Shown: positions 35,612 through 44,138 of the stretch, in pieces | How the letters are laid out: every line of letters starts with the position of its first letter | Numbering within the stretch: the first letter of the stretch is position 1 | Source of the DNA: a virus | Lineage: Duplodnaviria > Caudoviricetes | Virus record (IMG/VR): IMGVR_UViG_3300023047_000002 | Length of the DNA stretch: 64,000 nt | Reading direction: 5' to 3' (one strand) | Notes under the pieces: generated by a model | Told to the model about the DNA's origin: nothing | Database searches by the model: none | Seen by the model: only the letters and a program-made list of their open reading frames with translations | Translations under genes and position numbers: made by a program

Positions 35612-37363
35612 ATGAGTAAAGATTGCCTAAGCATTTCAGTCCTGAAAAAGAATAATTCCGTTGTCCCATTTGACGGAGATAAAATAAAATCTGCGATACG
35701 TAAATCTGCTGAACGTGTGAATGTTACTATGACCACAGAACAGGAAGACTTCGTTGTTTCTTATGTTGAAAATCTTTGTCCTGTGAATGAGCCTGTACAG
35801 GTGAAGGCGTTGCATAATTATGTCGAGTGTGCCCTTGATTCAGTGAACACAGAAGTAGCACGCTCTTATCGTGAGTATCGCAATTACAAGACGCAGTTCG
35901 TTAAGATGCTTGATCAGGTATACCGAAAGAAGCTCGAACTTTCAGACAAGCGGGACGCATCGAATGCCAATGCCGATTCTGACCTTATTACAACTCAGAA
36001 AGCAATCGCATACGCTGAATTGAATGGCGAGCTTTACAAACGGTTCTTCCTGACGGACGAGGAAAACAAAGCACAGGAAGACGGGTATATTTACATCCAT
36101 GACAAAGGCGCAAGACTAGATACCACGAATTGTTTCAGTAGGAATACACGCTTTATCACGTCTGCTGGCATCCGTTCGTTCAATGACTTTGTTGACGGTG
36201 ACACGGTGCAGGTGTTATCGCATCGCGGTCTGTGGCGTATTGGGACAGTTCATTGCTTTGGTGAGCAGGAGACTCAGATCGTCACGTTCGTAAATGAGGA
36301 CATGTCTGTAAGGCATACCGTTGAATGCACTCCCAACCATAGGTGGATACTCTCTGACAGTAGCATTACAACTGAGCTTAAAAAGGACGATGTCTTAGTC
36401 AAATCACCATGCGACATAGAGGGCAGGATTACACAGTTTCGTGGCGTTGTTTGGACAGTAGAAGACATTGAGAAAACAGACAGAGTTGAACCCGTATGGT
36501 GTCTTACGGTGGATACGGATCATTCATTCGTTCTTGAATCAGGCATCCCGACTGGCAACTGTTGTTTGTTTGACATGAAATCCCTTTTGAAAGGCGGTTT
36601 TCGTATGGGCAACATAAGTTATCGTGAGCCGAAGACAGCCGGAACAGCATTGTCTCTTATCGCTGATATCGCATTGAATGCAGGTGCAAGTCAGTACGGT
36701 GGTTTCACAATATCGGAGATTGACAAACTGCTTGAGCCGTATGCACATGAATCATACGACCGTTATTATGCTGAGTATGTTGAACTTACTGGTAAAAAAG
36801 ATCCGATGGGTGCAACGATTTATGCGAATAAAAAGTTACGTCAAGAACTTGAAGATGGTGCGATTGCCATTGAATGTAAATGGAATTCATGTTCTACGGC
36901 TCGCGGCGATTATCCCTTCACGTCCATCTCGTTCGGTTTGTCAAGAGACCGTTTAGGTCAAATGGTGACATCGGCTTTTTTAAAGGTTCGTAAAGAAGGT
37001 GCTGGAACCTCTGACCATATTCCCGTTCTGTTCCCCAAACTGACGTTTCTTTATGACGAGGATATGCACGGAGCAGGTAAGGAACAGGAATGGCTTTTCA
37101 AGGAAGCCGTTGAATGCACACAAAGGGCGCAGTATCCTGATTTCCTCTCGATGACAGGCGACGGTTATGCACCTTCGATGTATAAGAAATATGGCGTGTC
37201 TATTAGCCGTATGGGATGTAGAGCCAACCTGTCCCCGTGGTATGAGATGGGTGGTCAGGAACCCGCTGATGACTTGTATGAAATTGAATATGACGATGGT
37301 ACAAAGGAGATTGTTCAAAAAGGCTTCTTGATCGGTGATCAGAAAGTTGAAGATATGGTGTAG
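35612..37363 (+). CDS. nrdD: anaerobic ribonucleotide reductase NrdD, N-terminal fragment (ATP cone, intein, finger-loop Cys)
   Basis: VLKKNNSVVPFDGDKIKSAI (ATP cone), GYIYIHD, N|CCL, QYGG, LFPKL, QYPDF, MGCR; stops after a 29 aa non-NrdD tail. Confidence 0.92.
   Translation: MSKDCLSISVLKKNNSVVPFDGDKIKSAIRKSAERVNVTMTTEQEDFVVSYVENLCPVNEPVQVKALHNYVECALDSVNTEVARSYREYRNYKTQFVKMLDQVYRKKLELSDKRDASNANADSDLITTQKAIAYAELNGELYKRFFLTDEENKAQEDGYIYIHDKGARLDTTNCFSRNTRFITSAGIRSFNDFVDGDTVQVLSHRGLWRIGTVHCFGEQETQIVTFVNEDMSVRHTVECTPNHRWILSDSSITTELKKDDVLVKSPCDIEGRITQFRGVVWTVEDIEKTDRVEPVWCLTVDTDHSFVLESGIPTGNCCLFDMKSLLKGGFRMGNISYREPKTAGTALSLIADIALNAGASQYGGFTISEIDKLLEPYAHESYDRYYAEYVELTGKKDPMGATIYANKKLRQELEDGAIAIECKWNSCSTARGDYPFTSISFGLSRDRLGQMVTSAFLKVRKEGAGTSDHIPVLFPKLTFLYDEDMHGAGKEQEWLFKEAVECTQRAQYPDFLSMTGDGYAPSMYKKYGVSISRMGCRANLSPWYEMGGQEPADDLYEIEYDDGTKEIVQKGFLIGDQKVEDMV
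36131..36559 (+). mobile_element. NrdD mini-intein (143 aa)
   Basis: N|CFSRNTRF...CTPNHRW...VWCLTV...GIPTGN|C. Confidence 0.9.
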
Positions 37364-37375
37364 TCGTGTTAAACT
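37347..37375 (+). promoter_or_regulatory. sigma70-like promoter for the endonuclease gene
   Basis: TTGAAG-N17-TAAACT with a TGn extension, overlapping the nrdD-N stop. Confidence 0.55.
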
Positions 37376-37465
37376 GCAAAAAGGGCTAGGTCGGCCAACC
37401 GAAAAGAAGCCTTATCCACTTCCTGCCCTTTTTCTCTGTGGATAGCGTGTTGAGGATAGAGCACC

Positions 37466-39265
37466 ATGAAATCAAAAAAAGTGTATCCGGAGTGGTTTCT
37501 TGCGGAACTTGCGGATGAAGAAACCAGACATCGTTTTGAGAAAGGGGATTGTAAGGTCTCTGAGTGTGTATATTTCACATGTCCAAACGGTCATCCTGCG
37601 TATAAGCAACTTGTTAAGAATCATATTACATCGTCAGGTACACCAAGGAATAAGTGTCCTGTATGTGCAAAGTTGAATCAAACCACGTTTGTTCCACCTG
37701 ATTGGGTTGTCGAGGACTTAGCGAATGAAACGGAGCGTGAAGCTCTTCGTGGAACTGCGTGCAATTCAAAATCGAAATTTTCTTTCGTCTGTAAGCAGTG
37801 TGGAACTGTTTACGAACAAACTATATGGAATCATTCTATCGGTAAGCGGGTATGTCATGCTTGTGCAAGTAAATGTAGAGGAAAATCTTACAGTGAGACA
37901 ATAGGACAAAGAAGAAAGCCTTATCCAGAATGGTTTGTGAATGAACTGGTTAATGACAGTGACAAAGAGAGGGCATTACGTGGCGATATTACCGGTACGG
38001 AAAATGTTACGTTCAGATGCCTTGCAGGTTTAGAGCATCCGAATTATGTTCAGACTGTTAAGAGTCATATATGTATTTCTACCGGGCATCCTAAAAACGG
38101 ATGCCCCGTGTGTAGGTATATCAAGTCATCAAAAGGCATATCTGAATTTTACAAGGGTGTTAGAAAGGAGTTTCCGCCTGAGCTTTATGACGAGGTTTAT
38201 AAGGATGAGGACAGGGACAAACTGCGCAACCGACAGTTGTCATATAATGAGTCCATTGATTGGGTATGTCAGTCATGTGGTCGTGTTTACAGTCAGATGA
38301 TTAAAGATCACATTCGTGGGAAACGTTGTAACTACTGTGCCGGTAAGATTTCCGATGAGGAGTGCATTCTAAGGGAAATGATCACTCCATATTACAACGG
38401 TGAAATTCTCTACAACACAAGGGATGGGTTTGACGGTTATGAGGTTGACATCTACATACCGGAATACAAGATAGCTATTGAGTATAATGGTTCCTTTTGG
38501 CACAAATCGCTTCCGAGTGGCTTTGCATCCAGAGACCGTCTGTACCACCTTCACAAATTCGAGCTGTGCCAACGCAAAGGGATAAGGCTTTTAAGCATTT
38601 TTGACGTTGACCTGTTATTTAGGAAGGAAATCTTATCGAGGTTTTTTATGGACTTGTTTGTGCCTAAAAAGGTCTTGTATGCAAGAAAGTGCCGTGTGGA
38701 ATGTATTAGCTCCTCTATGGCTAATTCTATGTATGCACAGCATCATTTACTTGGAAGCACTCCAAATTTGTCCGTGTCTTATGGGTTGTTCCATGAGGGC
38801 GAACTCGTGTCCTGTATGTCTTTTCAAAAGGGAAGGTATAAAGTTTCAGGTCATCCAGTGTGGTGTTTGACTCGGTTTGTCACGAAGTCCGGCATCTCTG
38901 TTATTGGCGGAGCGTCAAAACTCTTGTGTCAGTTCGAGCAGGCATATAGTCCATCGTGTATAGTGTCTTACTCTGATAATGATTTCTTTCAAGGTGGCGT
39001 ATATGAGAAACTTGGATTCACTTGCCTCGGCGTTACAAAGACACCAAGGTATTACTGGTTTTTGCATGGTTTGGAATATAGCCGGGAACAGTGTCAGCTT
39101 AAAAATTTATCTAAAAATTACCCTGATTTGTTTGAGGAAGCAAAGAGTATACATGGGAATAAAGAAGACTTTATTATGCTTAGATTAGGTGCATTTAAAG
39201 TCTTTCGTTCGGGGCATACAAAGTGGGTTAAACACTATGAGGGAGAAATTTATGAAAAAGGTTAA
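37466..39265 (+). mobile_element. free-standing homing endonuclease (Zn-ribbon repeats + Vsr/Hef-like nuclease) inserted in nrdD
   Basis: Repeated YPEWF...C..H/CxxC units, EVDIYIPEYKIAIEYNGSFWH, C-terminal YARKC...GGASKLL...SYSD...YEKLGF. Confidence 0.8.
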
Positions 39266-40190
39266 AGCGGTAAGAAAGTTCGCGGATAACCCTGTTTACG
39301 AAGGGAGACTTAATTGTGGCGCGATTTCACTTAATTTCCCGATGATTGTGAAAAAAGCACAGGATGAGGGCAATGATTTCTATGAGGTTTTGACATATTA
39401 CCTTGACCTGTGCCGTAAAATCCATATCCGAACATTGGAATACCTTGCACATAAAAAGGCTGGCATCAATCCGTTAGGTTTCTGCGAGGGCGGTTTCTAT
39501 GGCGGTCACTTCAAAGAGAATGAGGAAATCGGTCGTGAGTTTTTCAGACCTATGACGGTTTCATTCGGCATCGCCGCCTTGAATGAAGCAACGGTGATGT
39601 ACAAGGGTAAATCGTTATATGAAGATAAAGCGCAGTTTGCCGAAGAAGTTTTGCGTTTTATTAACGATTACGCAAATAAATACAAAAAAGAGGACGGAAT
39701 CCTGTATGCGATTTATGGTACGCCCGGAGAGTCGATGTGCTCATTACAGGTAGAGCAGTTCCGAAAGAAGTATGGCATGATTAAGGGAGTGTCAGACCGT
39801 AAGTATATGTCCAATTCTTTCCATGTTCATGTTTCTGAGGATATCACGCCTGTGGATAAGATGGATACAGAGTACAAATGCTTCCATTTGTGCAACGGTG
39901 GTAACATCATCTACAACAGATTCGGATCTGATTATAACACAAAAGCCTACGTGACGCTTATTCGGGAAGCAATGAAACGTGGGTATTATTACGGGTGCAA
40001 CATCAGCAAGAATTACTGCTGTACATGTGGAGCAGAGTTTTTGGATGAAGACAAGTGCCCGTCCTGTGGAAGTGATGATTTGGTTCGTATTTCAAGGGTG
40101 TGTGGATACCTTGGCCTTGAACGTGTGCACGGCGACACCCGAATGAACGGAGGCAAACGTGCTGAAATAGACGACAGAAAGTGCATGTGA
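39252..40190 (+). CDS. nrdD: NrdD C-terminal fragment with the glycyl radical motif
   Basis: Own RBS (GAGGGAG) and ATG; GRLNCGAISLN, YGTPGES, SNSFH, NGG, CCTC..CPSC, RVCGYL. Confidence 0.92.
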   Translation: MKKVKAVRKFADNPVYEGRLNCGAISLNFPMIVKKAQDEGNDFYEVLTYYLDLCRKIHIRTLEYLAHKKAGINPLGFCEGGFYGGHFKENEEIGREFFRPMTVSFGIAALNEATVMYKGKSLYEDKAQFAEEVLRFINDYANKYKKEDGILYAIYGTPGESMCSLQVEQFRKKYGMIKGVSDRKYMSNSFHVHVSEDITPVDKMDTEYKCFHLCNGGNIIYNRFGSDYNTKAYVTLIREAMKRGYYYGCNISKNYCCTCGAEFLDEDKCPSCGSDDLVRISRVCGYLGLERVHGDTRMNGGKRAEIDDRKCM

Positions 40191-40191
40191 G

Positions 40192-40231
40192 TGGTGCTGG
40201 TATCCGAAATCTAACCTTTATGTGGTATAAG
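40192..40231 (+). promoter_or_regulatory. TGGTGCT-N27-TATAAG promoter
   Basis: Fixed-spacing motif immediately after the nrdD-C stop. Confidence 0.7.
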
Positions 40232-40297
40232 AACCAGTGAGAAGCATAGTTGCTTCTCACTGGGTAATAAGCAGATTTGTGTAATGGAGAATTGGTT

Positions 40298-41107
40298 ATG
40301 TTAATCAAACATCATACGAACGAAGTAAAATCGTGGCAGGTAAAGCAACTTAAGGATGCTGTGCAAGGTAAAAGTTCTCTTGTTCGGTCGTGGGGTATTA
40401 TGACTTCCGAGAACCCTATGGGCAAATCCATGAAACGTGCCGTCAACAGAAATCTTGTCATTCAATGTAAACAGGCTTTGAAGCAGCGTGGACTGGAATA
40501 CATTCCTGTCAAGGGACGATATGGCGGAGATGAGAACTCATTGTTTGTCATTAACCCTCTTCTCAAGGACATGATGGAACTATCCAGGCAGTTCGACCAA
40601 GAGTCCTTCATCTTTGTCACCTGTGATGACGGCGGATGCGACATGGGATACTATGAAAAGGGGCAGGGCGATTCACCGTACATCTTGAAACATTCACGTA
40701 ACCAGGTGGTCGGAATGGACGATGCCGAGGACTTCTTTACGTCTGTCAAGGCACGCTCAAAACGAGCCTTCAAGTTTCAGATTCCTTTCTTTGATGGTCA
40801 GGACGACACGGCTATATCCTCAGAAAGCATCGTCCGTACATTGGAGCATTATGTCATAGAACGTTATGGTTATCAGGGCATTGTGTCGCTGTCTGAACGT
40901 ATCAACGAGACCTTCTCAAGGAATATCACGGAACGTCATAGGCATTCTTTACGTTCAATGATTTACGAAACACGTAGTGCACGGGTACGCCGTCTTGAGT
41001 CTTGTATCAGGTCTCTTGAGTCCGTTGTTGTTTCTCAGGGAGCATCACGTGAGATTGAACGTTCCATACAAGTTATTCGAGAGGAACTTGAAAGTATTCG
41101 CCGTTAA
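40298..41107 (+). CDS. conserved-looking phage hypothetical protein (DUF3293-like)
   Basis: IMTSENP, VKGRYG, ENSLFV, FDQESFIF pattern. Confidence 0.6.
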   Translation: MLIKHHTNEVKSWQVKQLKDAVQGKSSLVRSWGIMTSENPMGKSMKRAVNRNLVIQCKQALKQRGLEYIPVKGRYGGDENSLFVINPLLKDMMELSRQFDQESFIFVTCDDGGCDMGYYEKGQGDSPYILKHSRNQVVGMDDAEDFFTSVKARSKRAFKFQIPFFDGQDDTAISSESIVRTLEHYVIERYGYQGIVSLSERINETFSRNITERHRHSLRSMIYETRSARVRRLESCIRSLESVVVSQGASREIERSIQVIREELESIRR

Positions 41108-41133
41108 GTTACGGTGAGATTGGAGAACACCTT

Positions 41134-41649
41134 ATGAATTACTCAGGCTTAAAGTATTGTGACATGGTGAATGGCGAAGGTCTTAGAACCGTCCTGTTTG
41201 TAAGTGGGTGTTCCCACAAATGCCCTTCATGTCACAACCCTCAGACACATGACCCTTGTTACGGTCAGCCGTTTTCCCTAGGAACCATGCAGGATATTAT
41301 GGATTCTCTTCGTATGGAGTTTTGCTCAGGACTGACCTTGTCTGGCGGTGACCCATTATATCCTGACAATCGTGAAGAGGTGATGCATATCGTTGAAACT
41401 GTCAAAGGTGAGTTCGGAGATGAAAAGACGATATGGCTTTACACAGGTTATACGTATGGTGAACTTAAAAAGCAGATTGAGGACGGAGATGTAATGCTTA
41501 GTCGTATTCTTTATTGTGTGGATGTGTTGGTTGACGGCCCGTTCATTCTGTCAAGAAAACGACAAGGTCTTCTTTGGAGAGGTTCTGATAATCAATGTCT
41601 GCTTCGCCTTAAGTACGGAGAAGTTGTTTCGGAAGTAGTTGAGTCATGA
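41134..41649 (+). CDS. nrdG: anaerobic RNR activating enzyme (radical SAM)
   Basis: DMVNGEGLRTVLFVSGCSHKCPSCHNP, LSGGDP, YTGY, DVLVDGPF, RGSDNQ. Confidence 0.96.
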   Translation: MNYSGLKYCDMVNGEGLRTVLFVSGCSHKCPSCHNPQTHDPCYGQPFSLGTMQDIMDSLRMEFCSGLTLSGGDPLYPDNREEVMHIVETVKGEFGDEKTIWLYTGYTYGELKKQIEDGDVMLSRILYCVDVLVDGPFILSRKRQGLLWRGSDNQCLLRLKYGEVVSEVVES

Positions 41650-42404
41650 CATGGAATTACAGTGTGTTCGATACGGTTGACAAGCCTACGGTCAAAGAGC
41701 TTCAGGAGCAGTATATCAGGGATGGTCTTGATTCCTCCAGTGCATTCAGCATGGCATGTTCCGAGTATGAAAAGAATACATATAAGACTGATAGAGTGTT
41801 GCATAAGATTTCAGATGATGAGTTGAAATCAATACCCAAAGAATTCAAGGACAAACCTTCTGGGGTGGGTAGGTATTTTTGGCGTGCTCCGTCTTTTCAG
41901 TATTTGGAAATTGCGAGCTGCGAAGGCGACGATCCAATGATTAATTATGTACAGCTTCTTCTTGGAAATCTCAAACCGGGAGACCTCTTACCTGTCCGTA
42001 TGATTCCGAAGAAGCCGTTTGGCTATGAAATGGAGTTTCTTACGTTTGTGAAGTACAAGCATACGTTTCCGACAAACCGTCGTTATATCCACTCTGAAAC
42101 GTTGACGTTCACGGACAGTTATGGAAAGAAGGCATACTTTAAAGGTATGCCGACTTACGTTTTTCGAGACAAGCTATGGGATACCGTTCGGAGGATTGCG
42201 GACATATTGAGTTTCTGGAACTCGTGCCGTAACTCGAATAATGAGGAGTTGTTCGGAGATTTGTTCAACATCATCCGTAGGGAAAAGTGCCTGTCTTGGA
42301 CACGGGAGTATGGTTTACAGTACCATCAGGACTTCGAACGTTATTCATCTGTTATAGAAGAACCTGTATGTCGCCTTCGTACTTTCTCATTAGGAGCCTT
42401 ATGA
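41646..42404 (+). CDS. hypothetical protein
   Basis: ATGA overlap with nrdG. Confidence 0.7.
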   Translation: MTWNYSVFDTVDKPTVKELQEQYIRDGLDSSSAFSMACSEYEKNTYKTDRVLHKISDDELKSIPKEFKDKPSGVGRYFWRAPSFQYLEIASCEGDDPMINYVQLLLGNLKPGDLLPVRMIPKKPFGYEMEFLTFVKYKHTFPTNRRYIHSETLTFTDSYGKKAYFKGMPTYVFRDKLWDTVRRIADILSFWNSCRNSNNEELFGDLFNIIRREKCLSWTREYGLQYHQDFERYSSVIEEPVCRLRTFSLGAL

Positions 42405-42413
42405 TTGGATGTT

Positions 42414-42441
42414 AAGGGAGCATGGTTTCATGCTCCTTTTT
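42414..42441 (+). terminator. intrinsic terminator
   Basis: AAGGGAGCATG-gttt-CATGCTCC followed by T5. Confidence 0.85.
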
Positions 42442-42595
42442 GTTTGAGTTTGTACTACGCACGTGAGTGATGCATAGACCCGTCAAATTTACGCCATACT
42501 AAAAAGTTACGACCTTACCCTAGTAAGTACACGTCTAATCCATAAAATCGCGAGAAACGCATTCTAGACCAATTTATGGACGTGTTTCATTTTCA

Positions 42596-42635
42596 TGGTG
42601 CTACTCTTCTTGATTTTCAGTTTCTGTGGTATTGT
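42596..42635 (+). promoter_or_regulatory. TGGTGCT-N27-TATTGT promoter
   Basis: Fixed-spacing motif with TGTGG before the -10. Confidence 0.7.
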
Positions 42636-42702
42636 TTCCATGTCATGTGAAGCACACATGCACGATTCAACATGACGCAATCAATATAGGAGCAAAGCAC
42701 AT

Positions 42703-43299
42703 ATGACAAAGGACTGGACAGGAAACGAGAATAGTACATACTCGATGTTGGGGGCATCGAACCATGTGGACTATGACAGGGCTGAGCATGACTATTATTC
42801 GACAGACCCGAAAGCGGCAGAAATGCTTTTGGAAATGGAGCCGCTTTTAGCTGACTCCATCTGGGAATGTGCATGTGGAGAGAATGCTTTGAGCAATGTG
42901 TTTAAAGCACATGGCAAGACAGTACGTTGCAGTGATTTGGTTGTTCGATGTGACGGAATCGAGCAGTTGGATTTCTTAACATGTAATGAATCTATGCACG
43001 GAACGGACATTGTTACTAATCCCCCTTATAAATGGGCATTACCTTTCATCGAAAAGGCGTTATCACTTGTTGATGATGGGCGTTATGTGTGTATGTTCTT
43101 GAAGCTGACGTTCCTTGAGGGTAAAGCACGTCGTTTGTTTTTTGAGCAAAATCCTCCAATACGTGTATGGGTATCATCCTCGCGACTGAATTGTAGGCTT
43201 AACGGAATCGTATCGAACCGCACATCTGCGGTGTGCTATGCATGGTTTGTATGGCAGAAAGGGTACAAGGGGTATCCTGAAATCCGATGGTTTAACTGA
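42703..43299 (+). CDS. small phage amino-DNA methyltransferase (probably N6-adenine)
   Basis: DYYSTDP, IWECACG, DFL, IVTNPPY, YAWFVW. Confidence 0.88.
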   Translation: MTKDWTGNENSTYSMLGASNHVDYDRAEHDYYSTDPKAAEMLLEMEPLLADSIWECACGENALSNVFKAHGKTVRCSDLVVRCDGIEQLDFLTCNESMHGTDIVTNPPYKWALPFIEKALSLVDDGRYVCMFLKLTFLEGKARRLFFEQNPPIRVWVSSSRLNCRLNGIVSNRTSAVCYAWFVWQKGYKGYPEIRWFN

Positions 43300-43356
43300 C
43301 AAATTGAATGGTTCGAGTCCTGAACATGGCATTCTTGTAAATCGATAATATTTGCT

Positions 43357-43857
43357 ATGAACGACACACAAGTAAAGCAAGAAACCTTTTCCAATGAATT
43401 TGTACAGCAGGTCATAGACAGGTTCATTCCGTTTGAAGATCTGCTTCAGTCAAAGTACAGTATCGTTCCGTCAGGACTTGGTGTGACTGGAAGTGGTTCG
43501 TGCTTTTGTCCGTTCCATGACAATACTGATACACGTGCTGCAAAGCTGTACCAGGATGATGACGGAGAACGCATTTTCTGCTTTGCCGAGAATCGCATGT
43601 ACAGACCGCACGACCTCCTCACACGAGGTTTAGTCGAGATTGACCCTAAAGCACTGTTTTCCTTAATCTGGAAATCACTTAACGTAACAGATCGTGATGA
43701 CATTATAAGTAAAGCCGGCACTCAGGCTAAGAATTTTGAGCGACACGATTTTTCTGTGCTGCACGACGGGTACATGAAAGGAGAACTGTGTCTAAAAGAC
43801 GTTGTGTACGCTATGCTTGATTACGATAAATTCCCTTTGATTCGTAATTCAAAATGA
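43357..43857 (+). CDS. stand-alone CHC2-type primase zinc-finger protein
   Basis: CPFHDNTDTRAAKLY...IFCFAE. Confidence 0.7.
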   Translation: MNDTQVKQETFSNEFVQQVIDRFIPFEDLLQSKYSIVPSGLGVTGSGSCFCPFHDNTDTRAAKLYQDDDGERIFCFAENRMYRPHDLLTRGLVEIDPKALFSLIWKSLNVTDRDDIISKAGTQAKNFERHDFSVLHDGYMKGELCLKDVVYAMLDYDKFPLIRNSK

Positions 43858-43909
43858 AGCGAGCCGAAAGCCTAAACTGGAATCTGCATATAAAAATATG
43901 TTACTTCCA

Positions 43910-43950
43910 TGGTGCTGAAAAGTTCCGTTCGGATAAAAGTACGGTATAAC
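43910..43950 (+). promoter_or_regulatory. TGGTGCT-N28-TATAAC promoter
   Basis: Motif ~190 nt upstream of the exported-protein gene. Confidence 0.6.
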
Positions 43951-44138
43951 ACGTATCGTTCAACAGGAAAGGATAGTCGTCCTTACCGAATCAACCTTAA
44001 ATGGAGTTTGAGTGTAACATGAGCGAGTAGAAAGTAAAAGACAGCGTAAATCGAACACATACAAATGACTTATCATTGAAACTAAAACTGTAACAACGAA
44101 AACAAACAAAACAAGTATTATATACAGGAGTTACAACC

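Noticed and set aside
37364-39251. Group I intron or canonical split intein in nrdD
   Set aside because: Only ~100 nt is non-coding, nrdD-C has its own RBS and ATG, and the tails lack Cys1 and the terminal Asn/+1 nucleophile
42442-42595. Intergenic stretch with a weak inverted repeat (TCCATAAA/TTTATGGA) as an origin or ncRNA
   Set aside because: No iterons, recognisable boxes or convincing stems; not enough support
43300-43330. tRNA (GGTTCGAGTCC T-loop-like sequence)
   Set aside because: No 5 bp T-stem, acceptor stem or cloverleaf; the intergenic space is only ~57 nt
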